Of a DNA stretch of 64,000 nucleotides, positions 28,416 to 37,306 are shown in pieces. The DNA lies in NCBI GenBank assembly GCA_037200545.1, contig JBBCGE010000003.1, forward strand, positions 6,750-70,749, in the 5' to 3' direction. The DNA is from Limisphaerales bacterium (GTDB lineage: Bacteria; Verrucomicrobiota; Verrucomicrobiia; Limisphaerales; UBA11358). How positions within the stretch are numbered: the stretch's first letter is position 1; each line of letters opens with the position of its first letter. The position numbers and the translations under genes are program-made. Below the pieces are notes generated by a model. The model made no database searches, was not told the DNA's origin, and worked only from the letters and a program-made list of their open reading frames with translations.

Positions 28416-30251
28416 ACGACGATCAGGATGAATCCTACAGTGAATTGCAATGGACTGAAAATAGCCCTGAGATATACGAATATCCGCCCAGACATCATGA
28501 TTTTGACGACCGGATTATCAACAGCCCCCGTGACTGCGAAGATTTAACCAGATTGTGGTTGGATGCAGGTAATATGTTGAATTCTCTTAAAAATCAAGAT
28601 GGCGACATGTATATTGGACTTAAGTGGGAAAATACGGGCAATACCACTCCATCCATTCGATTGTTCCAATCCGCCGACACTAATGGCGGCCTTGGTCATA
28701 TCAAGAATGCGATGATTGCTGCTAAACAAGCTGATTCAGCAAGCGAATTTAGTTACTGCTTGACGAGCATGGGTACTGGCGTTGATCAAGTTCGCCCCGG
28801 CGGTCGCACGGCAGATTTTATTTTTAGCAAAAGCATGTTTGCCGAATTGACCGGGTCTCAATCAAAGCTTCATCTCCTGTTTGAAGGTGTTAGTGAAGGC
28901 AAAGGAGAGCTTCGGCTTATTTTGCTGAAAAGAACCGGTGAGGATTCTTGGATAAGTTTAGGCGAATGTTCCAGCATTTGGCTGGATTTAAAAAATATCC
29001 GGCGCATGTATATGCGGCCTACAGCACTCCTTTGCCTGAAAACTTTCCGCTGCCCTGGCAGGTACAAGCTTGGGATTCTTCTCCTGCAAAATTCCCTTAT
29101 CTAAAAACTGCGGATGGTTCGCTGGCCATCCCGCAGACCAATCTTGGATATGGCATTGGTGATAGCCGGGAAGTTGGCTCGCAATATCCGTTCGATCCCC
29201 CGCCCGATGAACAAAGGAAATGCGTGGTGTTTGTACATGGCATTGACTTGGATGTCCCCACTCAGCAAGGATATGCACAGTCATTCTTCAAAAGGCTGTG
29301 GTGGGAAGGTTATAAAGGAAGATTAGCGGCATTCCGTTGGGCTACAACACTGACAGATGGGGCCGACTTTTTAAAACTGGGCAGGGAAAACATTTCGATT
29401 TACAACTCGGGAGAATATCGTTCGTGGAAAGGCGGGACCTCTCTTAAAAATATGTTGATGCTCTAAGATCGGGATTGGGGAATGATGAAATCATCAGCAT
29501 AGCGGGACACAGTTTGGGCAATGCTTGTGTGGGCGAGGCCTTCCGTCAAGGAATGAAGGTGAATAGTTACGTGGCCATGGAGGCCGCAGTTCCGCTCAGT
29601 TGTTATTATCCGGAAACAGAAAACCCACCGATAGAGTCAAGTCTGGTTTTGGCCGATGTTAATAGTCCTACACCAAAATATGCCCAAAGACTGGGTTATC
29701 ACGGATATTTGAGCGATATTGGCGGCAACATGAATAATCGTGTCAGTTATTATAACCAATTAGACTTTTGGCTTATGACCGGAACATTGAATCCAAGCAT
29801 AGAAATTGCGATGGGAACGGTGGTGGATCAGGCTTTGCATTGGCCTCTTGGTTCTAACATGGTGTCTTTAGCATTCAACATTGTGAAAAATGTCGACTGG
29901 ATCACAAATCAAAAACGTAAGCCGGACAACAGAATCGGCAATGGCCGATATAAATTTGACACAATACCCCGCTTTTTCACTGGACCCTACACCCGCCCGG
30001 TTGCTGATCCACACGAGGGCATGTCCTTTGTTGCCAGATCACGAACCAGACCATTGGGAGGAGGCGAGCCGCCTCCTGATTTTCAAGATTTAAATCTAAA
30101 AGAGATTTATAGATTTGATGATCAGCGTTCTTGCCATAGCGGTCAGTTCCAACGCAATATCCAGTTGATGTATGGTAATAACGACGGCATTCAATGGAGT
30201 GAACCATTCTATCACCGAATGATGTCTGATCTCCGAGTCTCTCCTAATTAA
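28354..30251 (+). CDS. C-terminal continuation of the giant protein (three frame breaks): uncharacterised domain plus DUF900-like alpha/beta hydrolase (lipase-type)
   Basis: The track fragments are 28445..29104, 28948..29466 and 29475..30251. The sequence reads through as ..DNDRDG|ITFDDPDKTPANKPYRFWLNDDQD.., then ..IWLDLK|KYPAHVYAAYS.. (A-run 28990-28995), then ..GGTSLK|KYVDALRSGLGNDEIISIAGHSLGN (A-run 29446-29450). VVFVHG and GHSLG (29505-29519) form a serine-hydrolase nucleophile elbow. Confidence 0.7.
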
Positions 30252-30254
30252 CTT

Positions 30255-31364
30255 ATGAATAAACGAATAGTTAATTCGGTTTTTTGTGCCGTCATCGCAT
30301 TATTGTTGGGATTTTGGTTCTTTCGAGGGGTCGCTCCGCGCGAAAATGCTCCCGTTCCGCTGGCCGCGACCAGTAATGATATGGTCAAGGCAATCAATAT
30401 AACCAACCTCGCGAATCTGGCTGCAACACTATCCGCTGTCACCTCAAAGCTGGTCTATTACAAGGGCGGATTGAAAAGCGTTTATCTTTTTAAATCCACC
30501 AACTACCCGCCGCAAACCGCCGGAGAAAAGGCCATGTGGGAATGGTGGGATGCCATGGATAAGGCTGATCCCCAGTTCCAGTGGAAGATGCCGATTGAGT
30601 TTTACGGAAAAGTGGTGGATCAGTTTGGCGAACCCGTGCCGGAGGCGATGGCAGAGTTGGGTTTGGACAACGGTCATCGGCCTCGTTCCAGACCCAAAAA
30701 TAAAAGTGGTTGCCGACGCGAACGGAAAGTTTGAATTGAAGAATGTACAAGGTAAAATTTTAGGCGTATTTCTTTCAAAAAGTGGATATATTTTTGGGCA
30801 TAATTCGCAAGGAGATTTCGAATATGCTTCATTTTATCAAGATAACTTCCATGTTCCCGACCCGAATCATCCAGTCCTCTTTCACCTGCAAAAACTGACA
30901 GGGGCGGAACCGATGTATAAATATCTACCGTACGGTGAGATTCCACTGAGGGGATCACCGCTAGTTTTGGATGTGAAAAAAGGAAAGGTGTCAAGTACAG
31001 GCGACCTGGCTTTTCTGTAGTTTTGGGAAAAACCAACCGGTATGGTTCGGATTTCACAGTCATCATGCAGGGGCTGAACGGATCAGGTTTTGTTTTAAGC
31101 GATGATGAGTTTCTTTTCAAAGCGCCCGAATCGGGTTATCAAAATTCTTTTACTGTAATTCACAATGATCAAGTTCCTAATTACAGGCCACAGCAAATGC
31201 TACGATTTTATGTGAAGACTGGCACGGGCAAATATGCCGCTGCTGAAGTTACCATCAGCGTGTGGGGTGATTTGTCCCGGGCTGACTTTAGATCGATTCT
31301 CTATTACAATCCCAGTGGTTCGCGGAATTTGGAGTTCGATCAGGACAAATGGATAAATCGCTGA
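30255..31364 (+). CDS. membrane-anchored protein with carboxypeptidase-regulatory-like beta-sandwich segment (two frame breaks)
   Basis: It starts 3 nt after the giant gene's stop. The N-terminal anchor is VFCAVIALLLGFWFF. The fragments 30255..30734, 30550..31020 and 31023..31364 join as ..PDPKIKVVADANGKFELKNVQGKILGVFLSKSGY.. and ..STGDLAF|SVVLGKTNRYGSDF.. (T-run 31011-31014). Confidence 0.6.
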
Positions 31365-31419
31365 ATTAAATTCAAATTTGGTTGCTAACCAAGAACACCA
31401 GTTCCCGATAACACATTGA

Positions 31420-32927
31420 AAAACACTTTGTCACAGCCAGCACCGCCAGAGAGCCAAGTTGATTCGCCACTTTGGCAACCAGCGATTGACGTTCACGAAC
31501 GCGACTGGAACGTATGTGAATTTCCGTTATGATTCGATTGGCCAGTTGAAGGTGGCGGACAGCACGGTGAACACGGAAGACCGGGGTTATCAATATGACA
31601 CGGCATGGAACCTGAACCGGCTTACAAACAACGGGTCGCCCGCAACTTTCAGCGTGGACGGAAAAAATCAATTAACCACGATTGGAAGCGGCCATTACTA
31701 TTATGATGGCAATGGCAATCTCACGAACGATTCCAGCCTGCATGTCGCCACCAACTATTATGCCTATGACGACGAAAACCAACTGATTGCGGTGCAGCCT
31801 TTTGGGGGGGGCGACGATGCAGTTTGTTTATGACGGCTTAGGCCGGCTGCGCGCACAACTACAATGGCAGACAAATGCCATCGGTGGCGGTGGCGGCGGG
31901 GGCGGTGACACAGATGCCATGCGGGGCGGGGCCACGACCGACAGCGATGGGCCAATAGGCGACGTGTCCTTGATGAGCGGCATTTATTATATTTACGATG
32001 GGCATCGGGTGATTCAGGAGCGGGACACCAACAACACGCCGACGGTGAGCTATACGCGGGGAAAGACTTGTCAGGCAGCCTAGGAGGCGCGGGCGGGGTT
32101 GGTGGATTGCTGGCACGCTCGGATACTTTTTATTCCGGCAACTTCACGAGCCATGCTTTTTATCATGCAGATGGAAACGGGAACATCACTTACCTTGTTG
32201 ATGGCAGTCAGGCTTTGGCTGCGAGCTATCGTTATGATGCGTTTGGCAATTTGCTCAATTCCAGTGGCCCGCTGGCCAGCGACAACACCTACCGCTTTTC
32301 CAGCAAGGAATGGGTTCCAAGCGTGAATGGGTATTATTATCTTTACCGCTTTTATCGGCCAGATTTGCAGCGATGGTTGAATCGCGATCCGATTGAGAAT
32401 GGGGAGGCTTCAATCTCTATGGATTCATTGGAAACGATCCATTAAACTGGGTAGATAAATATGGTTTAATTATTACAATTTGCGGCAGTATGTCTTTTAT
32501 GGAAAAAGTGAACGAGGCTCTTAAGGAACTTCAAAATTCGAAGCGTGGGAAGGAATTATACGACGAAGCACTAAATAGTACGAACACTTTGACAATTAGT
32601 GAAGGTGAAAATTCTCTCGGAGGGGGTGATATTCGTTTCTTTGATTCTTCTGTCTGGCTTAATCCTGAGTCGCCGAATTTCCTGTCGTCAGGCCAACAAA
32701 AAGCAAGTGAAAAAGACGGTGAACAAGTACCAAACACTTCTCACGGTGGTGTCGTTGTACTCGCACACGAAATGGGCCATGCGGCGGGGTATTCAGATGA
32801 TCCTAACAATTCTAATGCAAGAGGTAATAACATCTTGGAAAATGAAAACCCAGTTAGGGATTATTATCATTTTGATAAAAGGACAACAACTAGCGGAGCT
32901 TCAGTTTATCCGAGGAACAAAAAGTAA
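31420..32927 (+). pseudogene. 5'-truncated Rhs/YD-repeat C-terminal fragment with HExxH toxin tip (three further frame breaks)
   Basis: YD repeats are present (YYYDGNGNLT, YAYDDENQLIAV, FVYDGLGRLR, YIYDGHRVIQE, YRYDAFGNLL), as is the core-end motif YRFYRPDLQRWLNRDPIGE.GGFNLYGFIGNDPLNWVDKYGL once the frame is corrected near 32395. A 145-aa tip follows (32490-32927) with VLAHEMGHAAGY. The frame opens only at 31420, so there is no Rhs N-terminus or shell start. Confidence 0.75.
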
Positions 32928-32937
32928 AAATGTTAAA

Positions 32938-33384
32938 ATGATGAAAACAAGACACTTTGTTTACTATATTTCCAGCTTGGCAATAATTTTTTCAGGGTGT
33001 GTGTGCCAGCATCCTATGGAAAAAGAGACTCCCATGGAGAAGGAGTTTCTAAGAAAAGAACTCTCAGGTGATTTACGGCAAATTCTAGTCAGTGAGGCCG
33101 AGATTCAAAAATTGTCGAATGAGGGGAATTGCCTGATGATCTACGGCCTTCACATAAACGAAAAAAAATATTGGCGCAATCTGTCAGTAGGAACTGGTAA
33201 ACAATTAGAAGATGTTCTAAATTATTATGGAAATAGTGCTTTTGTTTGGGATTCTGCTTTAATCGTGGCGAAAAAAGATATGATTTTGCGGAGGCCAGAT
33301 TGGCACGAACGCGTGAGTACAAACTTCAATAAAGTAATAATAACTCCGGCGATATACTTCGGTTTTTTCCACTCGAATAAATGA
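32938..33384 (+). CDS. putative immunity lipoprotein for the Rhs HExxH tip
   Basis: An ATG ATG start lies at 32938, 11 nt after the toxin stop. The lipobox-like signal is MMKTRHFVYYISSLAIIFSGC. The sequence is visibly AT-rich and matches no family I recognise. The upstream part of the track ORF (32599-32937) is out-of-frame overlap with the toxin. Confidence 0.55.
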   Translation: MMKTRHFVYYISSLAIIFSGCVCQHPMEKETPMEKEFLRKELSGDLRQILVSEAEIQKLSNEGNCLMIYGLHINEKKYWRNLSVGTGKQLEDVLNYYGNSAFVWDSALIVAKKDMILRRPDWHERVSTNFNKVIITPAIYFGFFHSNK

Positions 33385-33556
33385 CGCAGCCAATAATCGC
33401 TTTGCGTTTTTCTTTCCTTTCCGTGAATTCAATGTTCAAACAAACGTGACCGTTTGGCTTCACTAAGGGCACAATGAGTTTCGCTTGCCATTCCACGCAA
33501 GTTGAGAATGGAATGCCTTTTAGTGAGCGAATTTCTGAAATGAATTTTGAATGTCC

Positions 33557-33600
33557 GCAAAAAAGCGGCCTCCGTTTCCAGAGGCCGCTTGGCGTTTTTT
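33557..33600. terminator. bidirectional Rho-independent terminator
   Basis: The stem is aagcggcctc (33563-33572) paired with gaggccgctt (33581-33590), with an 8-nt loop. A-rich sequence lies 5' and a T-run 3' on both strands. It sits between convergent genes. Confidence 0.8.
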
Positions 33601-34320
33601 AGAACTTTATTTTAATCCGGCGATGTTGCCGGAGCAGGGCCGGTGCCGGAGGCGTAGTCGTGGTCGGCGGCGTTGTGGCGGTCACCTTCTGACGTGCCGT
33701 GCGTTCGATGTGCGCGGCGGTCAACCAAGCCGCCATCTTCGCCGGCTGGCTGCCATATTTATTGTGCATGATGGCATCCAGCGTGGTCAGCGCTTTCATG
33801 CCCTGCGCAATCAACTGTCCAATGGTGGTGGTCGCGCCCACGCCGGTTTCGCGGGTGTTTTCTACTTGGGCCTGTGTGGTCATCACCGCGTTGCGATCAT
33901 TTTGCAGCAGCGTCACAAAATTCGCGCCCATTTCGTGCGCGGTGAATTTCGCCACCAGTGTCGGTTGTCCTGTGAGTTGTTGCAGGAACTTGTCAGCGGT
34001 GGTCAGGATCACCGCTTCGTTGGTGTTCACCGGCGGCCGGAAGCTGTCGGCAAAGCCCGGCTGGGTCTGGGCAATGGCGGTCGCGGTGCGGGTGATGTTT
34101 TTGGATGTCCAAGCGCACGGCATCCAGCAGGACTTCCTTGCTGGTGTTCTTGCCGGGCTTTTGGATCGCCTTCGCCGCATCCAATCCCGTGAATCACGGA
34201 GCTGATGGTGGCGAAGTTGGTGGCGGCGATGCTGCCGGCGGTAAAGTCGGCAGCGTAGGTGGTCCCGAATGTTTTGACGCGTTGAAAAGCGTCGTATCTG
34301 CGTGTTTCCCTGTCGTCCAT
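33599..34320 (-). CDS. hypothetical helical protein with Thr/Pro-rich C-terminus (two frame breaks)
   Basis: The ATG at 34320 is preceded by AAGGA. The three track fragments (34027..34416, 33993..34184, 33599..34180) join as MDDRETRRYDAFQRVKTFG...VIHGIG|LDAAKAIQKPGKNTSKEVLLDAVRLDIQ|NITRTATAIAQTQPGF... I recognise no family. Confidence 0.5.
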
Positions 34321-34449
34321 ATCGAATCCTTTTGGTTCGTGGTTGATGGTTAACTGCATTTCATTCCCGCAAGTGGGCCTGAACCCTGAAAAACACGCAT
34401 TTTCTCCAAAAATCATGAAAACTTGGGCTTTTCATTGATAATTTACGGG

Positions 34450-34659
34450 GTAACGGAAGGAATTAAGCAAGCAACACGCCAAATTTAAGGTTTTCAGGGC
34501 AAACGGGGCGGGTCGCACGTCAAATTAAACGGGTTGCACGTTCAACCGAGCGGCTCGCACATTAAATTCATGGGGCGGTCTGGGAAATTTAGAAATCTAC
34601 AGGCCAAATTTGACGAGTTGCGCAAGCAATTTAACTGGTCACGCGGCTTTGTGAAAAGC
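34450..34659. promoter_or_regulatory. array of about ten 21-bp phased units (TYGCRC-N3-4-AAATT type)
   Basis: Units start at 34513 (tcgcacgtcaaatta), 34534 (ttgcacgttcaacc), 34555 (tcgcacattaaattc) and 34618 (ttgcgcaagcaattta). AAATT tracts lie at 34482, 34522, 34564, 34585, 34606 and 34628, giving spacings of 21, 22, 40 or 42 nt. The array is in the non-coding gap upstream of the 33599..34320 gene. Confidence 0.6.
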
Positions 34660-34680
34660 CCGGTGACGGAAGCATGTGCT

Positions 34681-34813
34681 GGTAGGGATGCCGCGCTGCG
34701 GCGTCCCGAAGCGAAGGGCGGAACGAGCGTGGTAAAACACATGCGTTGGCTGATGTTCCGTCGCCTGACGCTGCGCTCGGCGACGGGACCAGCGCAGCGC
34801 GCTGTCCCTACCT
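34681..34813. repeat. 133-bp imperfect palindromic element (REP/MITE-like)
   Basis: The outer arms are ggtagggatgccgcgctgcg (34681-34700) and cgcagcgcgctgtccctacc (34794-34813). Nested complementary blocks are gtcccg/cgggac and cggaac/gttccg. It lies directly after the M42 peptidase stop. Confidence 0.6.
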
Positions 34814-35902
34814 TTCATTTCGTGAGTTTAAATCTTCACCTTGAACGCTTCGCCTTTTTTCACCGATTGCACGAAGGCGGGCCAGCAGTTGGGGGATCAG
34901 TTCCAGGTCTTTCAGGCTCACCACTTCCACAGGTGAATGCATGTAGCGGTTCGGCAGGCTGATGAGCGCGCTGGCGATGCCGCCACGCGTCCAGAAGATC
35001 GCGTCCGTGTCTGTGCCGCTGGTCGCGGACATCGCTTCGTGTTGCAGCGGGATTTTTTTCTTCGCCGCGACTGCCTCCAATCGCTTCACCACTTCGGGAT
35101 GGTTGCAGCCGCCATGCGTGAGCGGACGGGCCTTTGCCAATCTTGATGTCGCCATGTTGCGCCTTGCTGACGGTGGGATAATCCGTGGCGTGCGTCACGT
35201 CCACGACCAGCGCAATGTCTGGCTTGAGCGAATACGCGATCTGCCGCGCGCCACGAGCAGGCCGACTTCCTCCTGCACGTTTGAGACGGCACAGACTTCG
35301 GCGTTTAATTTGACTTTGGATTCCTTCAACAGCCGCAATGTTTCTGCCACGGCAAAAGTTCCAATGCTATTGTCAAATGCCCGCGCCACGGCGAGGTCGC
35401 CGCGCAAAATATCAAATTCAGCGGCCAGCGTGATCGGGTCGCCGATGCGGACAAGTTTCTGCGCGTCCTTGCGGCTGCTGACGCCGATGTCGATGAACAG
35501 GTCGTGAATCTTCGGCGGCTTGGGTTCGCCATCGTGTTTCATCAGATGCGGTGCAACATTGCCGACCACGCCGTTGACTGCGCCATCGCGCGAATGGATG
35601 ACAACGCGTTGCGCCTTGGTGATGGCTGCATTAACGCCGCCCATTTTGCGGACATAGATGAAACCATTGTCGTCAATGTAATTGACCGCCATTGCGATTT
35701 CGTCGGCGTGGGCGGCGAGCATGATGCGCGGTCCGCCGCCTTTGTTCAGAACGGCCACGCAATTGCCGTAGGTGTCGGAGAAAGTTTCGTCGGTGAACTT
35801 TTTGGCGTAGTTGAGCCAGACTCGTTGTCCGCGGGTTTCGTGGCCGACCGGGCTGGGCGTGTTGACTAGGGTGCGAAGAAAAGCAAGTGAAGCCTCATTC
35901 AT
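34808..35902 (-). CDS. M42 family aminopeptidase (FrvX/CelM-like), with 2-3 frame breaks
   Basis: The sequence reads MNEASLAFLRTLVNTPSPVGHE...MLAAHADEIA...; the fragments 35195..35902, 34860..35204 and 34808..35155 join as ..EEVGLLGARQIAYSLKPDIALVVDVTHATDYP..DIKIGKGP|LTHGGCNHPEVV.. The 3' end is uncertain: an A6/T6 run at 34855-34860 may shift the true stop to 34828. Confidence 0.8.
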
Positions 35903-35959
35903 GGCATCAGGCTAACCAATCGAAAAACAAAAGGCCAGTTTTCGCAAGCGCGACTGACT

Positions 35960-37254
35960 TCAAGGTTTGGCTTCCGGGGTTTCAAGATTTTCCGCCTTCC
36001 AGCGCATGGCAGTGTGGATGCGGGTGGCACCACTGGGATGATCGTAGAAAAACCATTCCTCAAAAGGAGTCGGTTCCATCTTCCGATATTCAGACAGCTT
36101 GAGCGCGGCCTGTGCGAAACCATCCGGCTGGCGTGCTGCATTCAAGCCAAACATATCAGCCTCCATTTCGAGGGTCCGGTTAAAGGTGTTCATCACCGGC
36201 GTGAGCAGGAAGAAATAGGTTGAAAGCATCAGCATCGCCAGCGGCAGAACCGCGACATCCCCGATGTCCGAAATTCCCCAACGCGGACCGCAGCGGGCGA
36301 TGAACCACTCCGTCGTAAAGCGCAGGAAGGCGAAGCCGACCACGATGACCACGCCGAGGAATAAAACTATTTTATAAATATGGTTCATCACATAATGACC
36401 CATCTCGTGCGCCATGACCGCCTCGATTTCCGGCAGCGAGCATTTGTTGAGAAGGTTGTCATTGAGGTGATGCGCATCGTGCCGAGAATGCCGCTTACGT
36501 TGGCGCTGACCCTGGTGGTCTGGCGCGAGGCATCCATGACATACACCTTGTCGGTGGCAATCCCATTGGCATGTGCCAGCCTTAGGATGGGATTCGAAAC
36601 CTTGGGATCGGACAGCAAGGTATATTTGTTGAACAACGGAGCGATGAACACGGGACTGATCACAATGCCAATAATGGTGAATGCCAGTGCGACGACCGCG
36701 CCCCAGATGTGCCAGGTGTTACGCAGCCGGCGGATGATTCCCATTAGCACGATAATCAGCAGCGTGCTAAAAAACAGACTAAGCGACAGTCCTATGATCT
36801 GCTCTAAAAACCATCCGCCAAATTTTTGGTTGGCCATTCCATATTGATGCTCACGGAAAAAATCAGTGTAAACCGCAAGGGGAAATGTCAAGACAGCCGT
36901 CAGCAGGATGTATAAGATAGCATAGATCGCAGTCTGGATTGGCTTGAAGCGAACCAGTCGAGTCCCTAGATCACGCATCCGTGCAGAAAGTCGGGTTTGT
37001 AACAGCAGCAGCGCAATGCCCGCGCCCCACAGATATTGCCAAAGCTGAATCCAATAACCGCCTTCAAAATACGCATCGCTCCGCGCCTTTTGTGCAGGTG
37101 TGAGTTGATCCAGATAAGCCCGCGTTGCTGTCTCAACATTGAAAGCAGCTTGTGAATTGGTCGTGGGAGGAACGATATCGGCTCCTCGCACTGTTTGGAA
37201 TGCGAGCAGCCAGACCAATGCGATATATTGGAAAAGCCGGCAGAGTTTTTGCAT
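35960..37254 (-). CDS. M48 family (Ste24/HtpX-like) zinc metallopeptidase, one frame break
   Basis: The signal/TM N-terminus is MQKLCRLFQYIALVWLLAF. HEMGHYVMNH is the HExxH motif. The fragments 36388..37284 and 35960..36415 join as ..GILGTMRIT|LNDNLLNKCSLPEIEAVMAHEMGH.. near 36466. Confidence 0.8.
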
Positions 37255-37306
37255 GTTCAGTGGTGCCTTAATCAGCCATGTCAAATCAGGTTGACGGAAT
37301 GGAATG

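Noticed and set aside
28340-29460. The giant gene's frame breaks could be programmed ribosomal frameshifting.
   Set aside because: The same kind of single-base break at homopolymers occurs in galK, lnt, peptidase and transporter genes across the window. No slippery heptamer plus downstream structure pattern is evident. Sequence error is the simpler explanation.
31804-31811. The G8 tract in the Rhs fragment could be a phase-variation switch.
   Set aside because: This is possible in principle, but the fragment is already 5'-truncated and carries other breaks. Homopolymer indels are ubiquitous in this assembly, so the tract cannot be distinguished from error without reads.
32599-32937. This is the upstream two-fifths of the 261-aa track ORF 32599..33384.
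   Set aside because: It is an out-of-frame overlap with the Rhs toxin tip (32490..32927). A lipoprotein signal begins at the ATG at 32938, directly after the toxin stop.
33551-34205. Plus-strand ORFs of 213 and 168 aa lie at 33551..34192 and 33699..34205.
   Set aside because: They are antisense to the better-supported minus-strand gene, which has an SD plus ATG at 34320 and a terminator at its 3' end. Their translations are Arg/Gly/Cys-rich and featureless.
34534-34962. A 142-aa plus-strand ORF spans the phased-repeat region and palindrome.
   Set aside because: It has a TTG start, runs through a palindromic element and into the antisense of the M42 peptidase gene, and matches no recognisable family. 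The region is better explained as non-coding.
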